64,000 bases of DNA from Gemmatimonadales bacterium (GTDB taxonomy: Bacteria; Gemmatimonadota; Gemmatimonadetes; Gemmatimonadales; GWC2-71-9). The notes under the pieces were generated by a model. It was not told the DNA's origin. It saw only the letters and a list, made by a program, of their open reading frames with translations, and ran no database searches. A program made the translations under genes and the position numbers. The DNA lies in NCBI GenBank assembly GCA_036558345.1, contig DATBFV010000125.1, positions 10,848 to 74,847 of the forward strand, read 5' to 3'. Each line of letters begins with the position of its first letter. Positions within the stretch are counted from its first letter, which is position 1. Below are positions 18,188 through 26,408 of this stretch, one piece after another.

Positions 18188-18653
18188 TGGTCCCCACCGA
18201 CCGGATCTCGACGCGCCCGTCTCTGACGTGGAATCGGATGCTGCGGCCGCGCTCTCCGCCGACCGATTCCCGGATGATGGGAATGGCGGCCAGGCGCAGT
18301 GCGCTGCGGCACGCGAGCACGTTCCGCTCTCCCATCTGGATGGTGCCGGGTGTGACGAGCTGGCTGAACATGCTCGCGCCGCCTGCCAGCTTGGCGACCA
18401 GCCGCCGCGGGTCCGCGCCCAATCTGGTGAGCCGCTCGATGAGCATCGGTACGGCAGTGTCGGGAAACTTGGCGGGATTACTCGTGTCGCGGGCGAGGCT
18501 GGTGGACGGCAGCAACACGTGCGCCATGCCTCCGGCGCTCGTCGCCGCATCGTGCAGCATGATGGCAACGCACGAGCCGAGTCCGAGCGTCACCAACACT
18601 CCGTCACCCCGCTCCGCGGCCCAGTCGGCAACTCTGACGATGACTTCCTTCAC
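18171..18653 (-). CDS. cheD: Chemoreceptor glutamine deamidase CheD
   Basis: 160 aa from the GTG at 18653 (GTGA overlap with the cheR stop). [15 protein letters not shown]...GGMAHVLLP. Confidence 0.88.
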   Translation of the reverse strand: MKEVIVRVADWAAERGDGVLVTLGLGSCVAIMLHDAATSAGGMAHVLLPSTSLARDTSNPAKFPDTAVPMLIERLTRLGADPRRLVAKLAGGASMFSQLVTPGTIQMGERNVLACRSALRLAAIPIIRESVGGERGRSIRFHVRDGRVEIRSVGTNVDVI

Positions 18654-19438
18654 GCGGGCTTCATATAGATCCGCTCGCGCGGATCCACGACCTTGAGGCG
18701 CTGGCGCGCGGGCCCGAACAGCGTCTCGACCTTGCCGAGCAGCAGCACCCCAGCGGGCCGCAGCGCGTCGACAAATACCTGAAACAGCCGCTCCTGCGCC
18801 GATCGCGCGAAGTAGATCACGACATTGCGGCAGACGATCAGGTCGTACGGCGGCTTGGGCGGCGCGTCGCGCGTGAGATCGTGGGGGATCACGTTGACCA
18901 GCTTGCGAACCTCGGGCACCGGCTGGCCATCCAAGAAATAGCGACGCCGCAAGGCCGCGGGCATTTCGGTGAACGCGGTATCGGGATACTTCGCCTCGCG
19001 GGTGCGCTCGAGGCTCAACCGATCGATGTCGGTCGCATCGATGGTGCCCTGCGCCTGCACCTCGGCGAGCAATACCGCGATCGTGTAGGGTTCTTCGCCG
19101 GACGCACAGCCCGCGGACCAGATCCTGAGCGGGCGACGCCTTTCGGTCCAGAGATCCTTGAGAACCGGTCGCAGCGCGTCCCACGTTTCCGGATTGCGAT
19201 AGAATTTCGTGACGTTGATGGTCAGCGCGTCGACCAGCTCTTGATACTCGTGCGGATCGCGGTCGAGGAGTTTGGCGTAGTCGTCGTAGGTGTGGATGCC
19301 GCGCGCCCGCATGCGCACGGCGATGCGGCGTCGCAGGCACTTGTCCTTGTAGGAGCCGCAGCTCATTCCCCGCTCGCGCGAGATCTTCTGCGTCAGCGCT
19401 TCGAAGGCTCGCTCCTGCGGAGCCTCCGCGGGTTTCAC
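18650..19438 (-). CDS. cheR: Chemotaxis protein methyltransferase CheR
   Basis: INVTKFYRNPETW and SAGCASGEEPYTIA (SAM-binding site). Start placed at the GTG 19438, overlapping the upstream TGA. Confidence 0.88.
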   Translation of the reverse strand: MKPAEAPQERAFEALTQKISRERGMSCGSYKDKCLRRRIAVRMRARGIHTYDDYAKLLDRDPHEYQELVDALTINVTKFYRNPETWDALRPVLKDLWTERRRPLRIWSAGCASGEEPYTIAVLLAEVQAQGTIDATDIDRLSLERTREAKYPDTAFTEMPAALRRRYFLDGQPVPEVRKLVNVIPHDLTRDAPPKPPYDLIVCRNVVIYFARSAQERLFQVFVDALRPAGVLLLGKVETLFGPARQRLKVVDPRERIYMKPA

Positions 19439-21051
19439 GAGAGACTGCTCAGCGTGTCCAGATTCGCCCTGACGAGCTCGTGTTTGGGATTGAGCTCCAG
19501 CGCGCGCCGCCACAGCTCGCTCGCGTGCTCGCGGTCGTTTCGCTTATACGCGATGTTGCCGAGCTTGAAGTAGACGTCGTCGCCGAGCTCGGGCGAGAGA
19601 TCGATTGCGCGCTGATACAGATCCCACGCCTCGTCGTAGCGCGAGCTGCGGTAGGCGAGATCGCCGAGATTCTTGGAGAGCTGCGGCAGTGAGGGCTCGT
19701 CCCGCAGTGCCGCGCGCGCCAGCTCCTCCGCTTGCGCCAAGTCTCCGGCCAGTTCGTGCAGGACGGCGAGGTTGTTGCGGAGCACACCATGCTGCGGATG
19801 GGCTTCAACGGCCTGACGCGCCACCTGCTCGGCCGTTTCGAAATCGCCGGCTGCCGCGGCGGACAGCACGCGGGCCCAAAACCAGATCGGCGGCACCTGC
19901 TCGGCGAACAGCTCTTTCGCGCGGTCGAGCCGCCCGGTGGCGCCGGCGTGATCGCCCTGTTTGAGGGCGACGATCCCCCAGCCGAGATAGATACGTGGGT
20001 CGGTTTTTGCCCGCGATGCCGCTTCCGAGTAGGCGGCCTCGGCGTCCTCGAGCCGGCCGAGCTGCTCGTACGCCAGGCCGAGATTGTGGAGCACGGCGGG
20101 GCGCGAGCCGCCCTTTTCGGCGGCGAACCGCAGCGCCTCCATGGCCTCGCGCCAGCGCGCCTGTTTGAGCGCGACGAGACCAATGAAGAAATGCGCGTTC
20201 GCATCCGTCGCGCGCAGCTCCGCCACGCGGCGAAATTCGCGCGCGGCCTCGTCCAGCATCCCCGTCTTGTAGAACGCGATGCCGAGATTGCGGTGCTCCT
20301 CCACGCGCGCATCGGTCATTTTGACGTCTTCGGCGCTGACGGTGCGGCCGGCGCGATGCAGGAATCCCGCGGTGACGAGGCCGTAGAGCGCCTTGCCGAC
20401 TTCGAACTCGCCGAGCCCCGAGTCCTCGATGACCTGATTGACGTCGCGCGAGCCGTCCAGTAGCGAGAGTAGCCGGTCCTGAACCTCGGTCAATTTGGCG
20501 TCGCTGATCGCGAGGCGGTCGCGGTCCACGAGGAATATCAGATCGAACGACGGGATTTTCTTCTCGATCAGCCCCCACTCGTCCACGCGCCGCGCCCCTT
20601 CCAGGAGCAACGACTCGGGATTGATGGAAACGAGGAAGTCCTGCTGCTCCGGACGGACGTCGGCCTCGAAGTTGAACGTGCCCTGCGTCCACGTGAACAA
20701 ATAGTAGACCGACTCCTCGATCTGCATGCGCATGTAGCGCTCGAGCTCCTGCTGCGTGAGCACGTTCTGCACGACGAGGATTTCGCCCAGCTTCTTGTCG
20801 CGCGCCTTGGACTGGCGATGGATCGCGGCGTCGAGCTGCTCCTGCGTGATTTTTTCGTGCTTGACCAGGATGTCGCCGAGACGATCGCGCCGGTTGACGA
20901 TCGAGGCGTACGAGATGCGGCCCTTGTCGAAGTAGATGTAGCCGAAGTTCGAGCGGTCGGCGATCGACAGGCAGCCGGTCTTCTGCCCCAGCGCGAGCAG
21001 CTGCAGCACGTCGGGCAGCGAGGCTTCTTTGAGCGAGCCCTTGATCGCCAT
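19435..21051 (-). CDS. DUF4388 (PATAN)-domain protein with C-terminal TPR array
   Basis: 538 aa. N-terminal MAIKGSLKEASLPDVLQLLALGQKTGCLSI...GYIYFDKGRISYA is a DUF4388 signature. About 7 TPRs from about aa 250. Confidence 0.8.
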   Translation of the reverse strand: MAIKGSLKEASLPDVLQLLALGQKTGCLSIADRSNFGYIYFDKGRISYASIVNRRDRLGDILVKHEKITQEQLDAAIHRQSKARDKKLGEILVVQNVLTQQELERYMRMQIEESVYYLFTWTQGTFNFEADVRPEQQDFLVSINPESLLLEGARRVDEWGLIEKKIPSFDLIFLVDRDRLAISDAKLTEVQDRLLSLLDGSRDVNQVIEDSGLGEFEVGKALYGLVTAGFLHRAGRTVSAEDVKMTDARVEEHRNLGIAFYKTGMLDEAAREFRRVAELRATDANAHFFIGLVALKQARWREAMEALRFAAEKGGSRPAVLHNLGLAYEQLGRLEDAEAAYSEAASRAKTDPRIYLGWGIVALKQGDHAGATGRLDRAKELFAEQVPPIWFWARVLSAAAAGDFETAEQVARQAVEAHPQHGVLRNNLAVLHELAGDLAQAEELARAALRDEPSLPQLSKNLGDLAYRSSRYDEAWDLYQRAIDLSPELGDDVYFKLGNIAYKRNDREHASELWRRALELNPKHELVRANLDTLSSLS

Positions 21052-23006
21052 TAGCGCAGATCCTCGATCACGCGGTCAGCCGCCGTCGGCCAGTCCCAGA
21101 CCATCTTCTCCCGACTGCGCACGCCGCCCGCGCTGGAGACGACGATGCCGCTGGTGCGCAGCCCCGTCGAACGCCGCGGCGCGGGCGTGCCTTCCAAAAC
21201 TTCACGCGCCAAACCCGCCGTCACCGGCGCATCTTGCGCCGCGGCGGCCTCGATGATCCGTTGCACGACGCCGGTCAAATTTCGCACCGAGTCGATCGGC
21301 CGGTCGGCCAGATAGTCGATGAGCGCGGGTTCCAGCGGGACGCGATGCTGCGTGAGCAACCGCTCCAGCATTCCGCGACGCAGCTCCTTGTCCGGCTCCG
21401 CGATCGCCGCCACGAGACCGCCCTCGAGCCGGGAAACGATGCGCTCCTCGATGCCCTCGAGCGTGTTGGGATGGGCGGGAGCCGTGAAGATCAGCTGGCG
21501 ATCGGCGTCCACCAGGTGATTGAACAGGTTGAACAGCTCCTCCTGCGTCCGTTCTTTCCCGGCGAGCAGCTGGATGTCGTCCAGCAGCAACGCGGTCGCG
21601 CGGCGGTAGCGCGCGCGCCACCAGTCCACGCGGTTGCCGTCGATCGCGGCGATCAGTTCGTCGACAAACTGCTGCGTCGACAGGCAGGCGACGACGGCGT
21701 TCTTCTTTTTCGCAAGCTCGAGACCGATCGCATGGAGCAGATGGGTTTTCCCGAGGCCGCTCCGACCCACGATGACGAGCGGATTGTATTTCTTGCCGGG
21801 CTTTGCGATCACGTCGCGAGCCGCGTTCAGCGCGACCTGATTCGATGAACCGGCGCAATATGCGTCGAGGGGGAAGGCTCCCGAAGGCGCGGGTGGCGGC
21901 GCGGCACCGTCCCGCACTTTGGCCGCCGCCGCTTCCGCCGCGTCCATGTGATCCGGATCCCGAAACACCTTCTCGCCGGCAGCCTGCGGATCGAGCACAG
22001 CGACTTCCGCCTCGAGTTCCTTGAGTCGCTCGACGTCCTGCACGTACGCCGCGATCGCTTCGTCCACGGCGGCGGGCGTTTCCTGCTCGAGCAGTTTTTC
22101 GAGCCGGCCGGTCCGGTAGCCTTCGCCTTCCCAGCGCATCACGGCCTCGGCGACGCGGGCGCGCCAGGCTTCGACGGCCTTGCCGACCGTGACGGTCACG
22201 TCGGTCAGAAATTGTGAAAACTCGTCGCCGGAAGACGCCGGCGTCGCCGGAGGGGAGGCACTCGTTCCGCGTCCCTGGTCCCCTTTCCCCGCAATTCCGA
22301 GGACCTTGCGGACATTCTCCTCATTGATCGGCACGTCGTTCACGGCCTGGAACGCAACCAGACGATTCAGCGCGCCCATGAGCTCGCGCACGTTCGGGTA
22401 TTCGACTTTCGCGACCGTTTCGAGGACGCCGGGCTGGAACTTGGTGCCGCGCTCCTCGGCTTTGCGGCGCAGGATCGCGACGCGGGTCTCGTAATCGGGG
22501 ATGCCCATGTCCACGACGAGCCCACCGGAGAAGCGCGAGATCAGTCGCTCGTCCAGATCGGCGATCTCTGCGGGCGGGCGGTCGCTCGCGAGCACGATCT
22601 GATGACCGGATTGCTGTAGTGCTTCAGTCAATCGGAGCAGCTCGGTCTGCATCTCCTTGCGATTCGTGAGGAACTGAACGTCGTCGACGAGCAGCACATC
22701 CACGTTCTGAAACCGACGGCGGAACGCGTCGCCCTGCCCGGCGGCGATCGCCGCATGGAAGGCCTCGACGTATTCATCGAGCGTCAGGTATTCGATATTG
22801 AGCTGCGCGGCGATGATCTTCGCGGCGTGACCGATCGCCATGAGCACGTGGGTCTTTCCGAGTCCAGAGCCACTATAAATGAAGAGGGGGTTGTAGGCGG
22901 AGCCGGGGTTTTCGGCGACCGTACGACCGGCGGTGACCGCCAGCCGATTGGCCGCGCCCACCACGAACGTCTCGAAGGTAAAGCGGGGATTCAACGCGCT
23001 GGTCAT
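21051..23006 (-). CDS. Tandem DnaA-type (domain III) AAA+ ATPase lacking DnaA domains I and IV
   Basis: 651 aa. Module 1 (about aa 5-225): NPRFTFETFVVGAANRLA, SGSGLGKTH, LLVDDVQF, IVLASDRPP, RLISRF, NVRELMGAL. Module 2 (about aa 378-600): GRSGLGKTH, LLLDDIQL, LIFTAP, RIVSRL, SVRNLTG. No DnaA_C helix-turn-helix is present. Confidence 0.85.
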   Translation of the reverse strand: MTSALNPRFTFETFVVGAANRLAVTAGRTVAENPGSAYNPLFIYSGSGLGKTHVLMAIGHAAKIIAAQLNIEYLTLDEYVEAFHAAIAAGQGDAFRRRFQNVDVLLVDDVQFLTNRKEMQTELLRLTEALQQSGHQIVLASDRPPAEIADLDERLISRFSGGLVVDMGIPDYETRVAILRRKAEERGTKFQPGVLETVAKVEYPNVRELMGALNRLVAFQAVNDVPINEENVRKVLGIAGKGDQGRGTSASPPATPASSGDEFSQFLTDVTVTVGKAVEAWRARVAEAVMRWEGEGYRTGRLEKLLEQETPAAVDEAIAAYVQDVERLKELEAEVAVLDPQAAGEKVFRDPDHMDAAEAAAAKVRDGAAPPPAPSGAFPLDAYCAGSSNQVALNAARDVIAKPGKKYNPLVIVGRSGLGKTHLLHAIGLELAKKKNAVVACLSTQQFVDELIAAIDGNRVDWWRARYRRATALLLDDIQLLAGKERTQEELFNLFNHLVDADRQLIFTAPAHPNTLEGIEERIVSRLEGGLVAAIAEPDKELRRGMLERLLTQHRVPLEPALIDYLADRPIDSVRNLTGVVQRIIEAAAAQDAPVTAGLAREVLEGTPAPRRSTGLRTSGIVVSSAGGVRSREKMVWDWPTAADRVIEDLR

Positions 23007-23605
23007 GACGCGGGACTCCCCGCGGCGAGCTTCTTGAGCACCTGCTCCGACACCGACTTCAGCGTTTCGAACACGCCTCTGCCGCGAAGCGCATCGGCCG
23101 GGAAGCTCGGCACGCTGCGAAAGTTGAGCGCGTCGTCGAGCTCGGCAGGCGTCAGGATCAATTCAGGCGGCAGGTCCTGTTTGTTGTACTGCATGACGAG
23201 CGGCATCGTGCGCACATCGACGCCGTGCTCGAGCAGGTTGCTCTGGAGGTTTTGAAGGCTCTCGATATTCTCGTCGAGTTGCCGTGCCTGGCTGTCTCCG
23301 ACGAAAACGACGCCGTCCGCGCCTTGCAGGACGAGCCGTCGCGTCGCGTTGTAGTAGACCTGCCCCGGCACGGTGTAGAGCTGAAATCGCGTCGCGAACC
23401 CGGAGATCTGGCCCAGATCGATCGGCAGAAAGTCGAAGAAGAGCGTGCGGTCGGTTTGCGTAGCGAGTGACACCATGCGCCCGCGCCGCGTCTCCGGCAC
23501 GCGTGCGTAGATGTAATGGAGATTGGTCGTCTTGCCCGATCGTCCCGGTCCGTAGTAGACGATTTTGCACGTGATCTCGCGGGTCGTGAAGTTGACCAGG
23601 GACAC
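23003..23605 (-). CDS. mglA: MglA-type Ras-like small GTPase
   Basis: 200 aa, near-collinear with Myxococcus MglA. KIVYYGPGRSGKTTNL P-loop, TDRTLFFDF (intrinsic Arg/Thr), YTVPGQVYY (catalytic Gln), NKQD. GTG start with a GGGAG Shine-Dalgarno 8 nt upstream. Confidence 0.92.
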   Translation of the reverse strand: MSLVNFTTREITCKIVYYGPGRSGKTTNLHYIYARVPETRRGRMVSLATQTDRTLFFDFLPIDLGQISGFATRFQLYTVPGQVYYNATRRLVLQGADGVVFVGDSQARQLDENIESLQNLQSNLLEHGVDVRTMPLVMQYNKQDLPPELILTPAELDDALNFRSVPSFPADALRGRGVFETLKSVSEQVLKKLAAGSPAS

Positions 23606-23607
23606 GA

Positions 23608-24084
23608 TTATCTCCCAAACAGCGTGTTGAGGCTGTCCGTCAACTCCCGCTCGAAGTCCGCCGCCAGCACCTGCTTTGGTACCGTCCCCTTGGGACTCGC
23701 CGCCTTCAAGTCCGCCGCAAGTTGCTCATAGAATAATTGGACCAGGCCGAGCGATGAAACGTCGAGATCGTAGACGGCGAACACCGCGATGGTGCCGCGG
23801 TCGGTCGTGAACGTGGCGAGGAAGAAGCCGGTCTTGGGTCCTTGATGGCTGAGCGCGCCGAACGGCGGCTGCCGGAGCTGACGCGCCAGCTCACCCGTCG
23901 ATGCGACGATCGCGGCCGCGAGGGCGGCGGCCGACATCACGTCGACTGCCTTCGAAAAGCCCGATTGCGCGAGCACCTGGCCCGATGGCGTGAGCACGAG
24001 CACCAGCCGCGCCGACGCTTCACGCACGAAGTCGGTCAGCGGCTGCAGCGTCCAGTTCTCGACGGCGCGCGTCTGCTGGCTCAT
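23608..24084 (-). CDS. mglB: MglB-like Roadblock/LC7 protein (putative MglA GAP)
   Basis: 158 aa. Roadblock fold pattern with the SSLGLVQL motif (compare MglB SLGLVRL) and a C-terminal LNTLFGR tail resembling the MglB C-terminal helix. Lies immediately upstream of mglA. Confidence 0.85.
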   Translation of the reverse strand: MSQQTRAVENWTLQPLTDFVREASARLVLVLTPSGQVLAQSGFSKAVDVMSAAALAAAIVASTGELARQLRQPPFGALSHQGPKTGFFLATFTTDRGTIAVFAVYDLDVSSLGLVQLFYEQLAADLKAASPKGTVPKQVLAADFERELTDSLNTLFGR

Positions 24085-24428
24085 GCCCCCGCCTCCGCCG
24101 CGCGCAGCAACTCCAGGCGCACCAGCCCAATATTCACGTCGGGCTCGGCGACCGCGACGACCAGGAGATTGCCCGACGCTTCGCCGCCCGGCACGACCAG
24201 CAGGGCCCCCTGTTCGGCCTGCAGGTGCCAGAACACGCTCGACCCCGTTCCTGCCGCCTCCATGGCGCGACGCAACCGGCCGGCAAGGCTCGCGGCGAGT
24301 GCGGCGACAGCGCCGCCCTTGATCCCTTCCATGAGCTGCTCGGCGACGACCAGCCCATCTTCGGCTGAGACGAGCATCGCGCCGCGCACTCCGCGCACCC
24401 GCGTGATCAGATCGAGCGCTTTGCTCAT
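24081..24428 (-). CDS. Roadblock/LC7 domain protein (MglC-like paralogue)
   Basis: 115 aa. VRGAMLVSAEDGLVVAE...NIGLVRLELL. Confidence 0.75.
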   Translation of the reverse strand: MSKALDLITRVRGVRGAMLVSAEDGLVVAEQLMEGIKGGAVAALAASLAGRLRRAMEAAGTGSSVFWHLQAEQGALLVVPGGEASGNLLVVAVAEPDVNIGLVRLELLRAAEAGA

Positions 24429-25261
24429 TGCTGTTCCAACCAGCGGCGCGCCATCAGTGTCGCGCGCTGTGCGACAATCGCGAGCCGGCCGAGCGGGATG
24501 CCGCGATCGCGCACGACGAGCAGCAACGCTTCGGGGGTGGGATGCGCGAGGTGCACGTTGCCGTGCTGCCCTTCCGCCGAGAGGCCGTTCCAGGCGCCGA
24601 GACCGAGGAGCTTGGCAGTCCGCGCCGCTTCCTGCGACACACCGGCCAGGTACGCAGCGACGGAGTCGGTGACGTCCTTTCCCCCGCCGTCCTTCAAGGC
24701 GCCACCCAACACGCGACCAGCACCGTCGATGAGCAGCAGACCTTCGTTGGCACCTTCGAGACCGGCAAAGACGCGAGCTTCGTCGAGGGCGCTGGTGCCG
24801 GCAGTCGCCGAAGGAGCGCCGGCGGATGCCGTAGGGGCGGGAGCCGGTTCTGGCGCAGGCGCGGTGCCGCCGCCGCGGATCATCTCCAACGCCTGATCGA
24901 TGCTGGGGTCATCGGGCTCGACCCTCTTGGCGGCCGCGAGATGCGCTTCTGCCTGCTCCAGATCTCCGACCTTGAAATAAAGGAAGGCGAGGCCCTTCAG
25001 CGCGCCGGTGTGGTGAGGCGCGATGCGCACCGCCATGTCCCACTCGTCGAACGCCTTTTCGTATTCGTGCCTATCCGTCAAGATGCGGGCATAGAGGTCG
25101 TGGGCGTCGGCCAGATGCGGATGGCGCTCCAGGCCGTTCGCCGCCACCCGCTGCGCCGCGTCGAGCTGCCCTTTGCGTCGCAGCGCTTCGCCGAGCCGCA
25201 GGAAGACAAGGCTCTGCGGATCCTGCGCGAGCTGCGCCGACAGCGCCCGGATGTCATCCAT
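24425..25261 (-). CDS. TPR - Roadblock/LC7 fusion protein
   Basis: Start trimmed to the ATG at 25261. About 3 N-terminal TPRs, a Pro/Ala linker, then a C-terminal GLLLIDGAGRVLGG...LLLVVRDRGIPLGRL Roadblock-like domain. Confidence 0.7.
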   Translation of the reverse strand: MDDIRALSAQLAQDPQSLVFLRLGEALRRKGQLDAAQRVAANGLERHPHLADAHDLYARILTDRHEYEKAFDEWDMAVRIAPHHTGALKGLAFLYFKVGDLEQAEAHLAAAKRVEPDDPSIDQALEMIRGGGTAPAPEPAPAPTASAGAPSATAGTSALDEARVFAGLEGANEGLLLIDGAGRVLGGALKDGGGKDVTDSVAAYLAGVSQEAARTAKLLGLGAWNGLSAEGQHGNVHLAHPTPEALLLVVRDRGIPLGRLAIVAQRATLMARRWLEQQ

Positions 25262-26405
25262 GCGCGAATACCCTGGCCGCCTGCCGCGCGCGATCGACAT
25301 CGGCGCGCTGTGCTTCCTCTTCAGGACTGCGGCTTGCCAGCCGGTCCCATTGATCCCAGCTCTGCACCGCTTCGCCGAACCGTCCCATCGCGACGAGCGC
25401 GAATCCAAGCTGGCGATGCGCCGCCGGCAGCAACGGGTCCAGCCGCAGCGCCCGCCGCAGCTCCTCGGCGGCCGCGGACGCGTTGCCCTGCGCCTGGTGA
25501 ATGCGTCCCAGCAACAAGTGGATCGTGGCATCGTGCGGCTGCATGCTGCCGGCTTGTTCGGCCGCGGCGCGCGCCGCGTCGAGATCCTTGGACTGCAGCG
25601 CCCGCTCCGCCTTGGCGACGAGCTCGGCCAAGAGCTCGGCTAGATCGCCGGCCGCACCTGCCCGGGCGCGGCGTGCGGTGCCAGGATCGACCAGCACGAT
25701 CACACCGGCACTCTCGAGCCCAAACAGGGTCTTCGCCACCTCGAAGTCCGACCGGCCGAGCTCCGTCGCCAGCCCGCGCACCGAGCGCTCGCCGTCGATC
25801 AGCGCCAGGACTTCCCACTCCGGCGGGAGCAGATCGAGCTCGCCACCGCCGCCTTCCGGCGGCGGCGCGAGTGACGGCACGACGCCGACGTGGGGAATGC
25901 GGTTCTCGATGCGTGACCACTCGTCGATCCGACGCGCGCCTTCCATCAGCAACGCTTCCACCGGGATCCGGACGGTCAGCTCCGTCGGGACTTTGCTCTC
26001 CGTCTGCTCGGCGAAGGAGAAGTATCCTTCGTTCCAACTCATCACTTCGAAGACGACTTCCTCGATCTGAAACCGCACCTGCCGCTCGACCTCGCGCTGC
26101 GTAATCACGCCGAGCGCGACGAGAATTTCGCCCAGACGCCGCTTGTCGCCTTGACGCTGCTGCATGTCCCGCGCGCGCTCGAGATCCGCCTCGGTGATTC
26201 TGCCCGTGCGCAAGAGCAGCGCCCCCAGCGGATGGGGGTTGGAGCGGATTTCGGCCGAGACGACCACGCCGTTGTCGAAGTAGATCGTCCCCTCGTTGTG
26301 GCGGAGCTCCGACGTCACCTGCAATGCTCCGGTCTTCCGGCTCAGGTCGAGGAGCTGGAAGACGTCGTGGATCCCGAGCTCGCGTAGCGGTCCTTCGATG
26401 GTCAT
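25254..26405 (-). CDS. DUF4388 (PATAN)-domain protein with C-terminal TPRs (paralogue of 19435..21051)
   Basis: 383 aa. MTIEGPLRELGIHDVFQLLDLSRKTGALQV...GTIYFDNGVVVSA; aligns by eye with the other DUF4388 protein over about 230 aa. Confidence 0.8.
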   Translation of the reverse strand: MTIEGPLRELGIHDVFQLLDLSRKTGALQVTSELRHNEGTIYFDNGVVVSAEIRSNPHPLGALLLRTGRITEADLERARDMQQRQGDKRRLGEILVALGVITQREVERQVRFQIEEVVFEVMSWNEGYFSFAEQTESKVPTELTVRIPVEALLMEGARRIDEWSRIENRIPHVGVVPSLAPPPEGGGGELDLLPPEWEVLALIDGERSVRGLATELGRSDFEVAKTLFGLESAGVIVLVDPGTARRARAGAAGDLAELLAELVAKAERALQSKDLDAARAAAEQAGSMQPHDATIHLLLGRIHQAQGNASAAAEELRRALRLDPLLPAAHRQLGFALVAMGRFGEAVQSWDQWDRLASRSPEEEAQRADVDRARQAARVFAHG

Positions 26406-26408
26406 GCG

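Noticed and set aside
17078-18568. Long N-terminal extensions of track ORFs (cheB to 18568, TPR to 16798, rluD to 33809, nnr to 59754, thiL to 58171, divIVA to 39077, ftsL-like to 11319, TPR-Roadblock to 25531)
   Set aside because: The extensions are Arg/Cys/Ser-rich, overlap the upstream gene in another frame, and precede the point where family homology begins. In each case an ATG/GTG/TTG overlapping the upstream stop gives a normal-length protein.
21051-23006. Possibility that the DnaA-like gene marks the chromosomal replication origin
   Set aside because: There is no DnaA domain IV and no adjacent dnaN/recF/gyrB. There is no AT-rich unwinding region and no cluster of DnaA boxes; I saw only an isolated near-consensus TGATCCACA at 3881..3889 inside murD. 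The gene is embedded in an operon.
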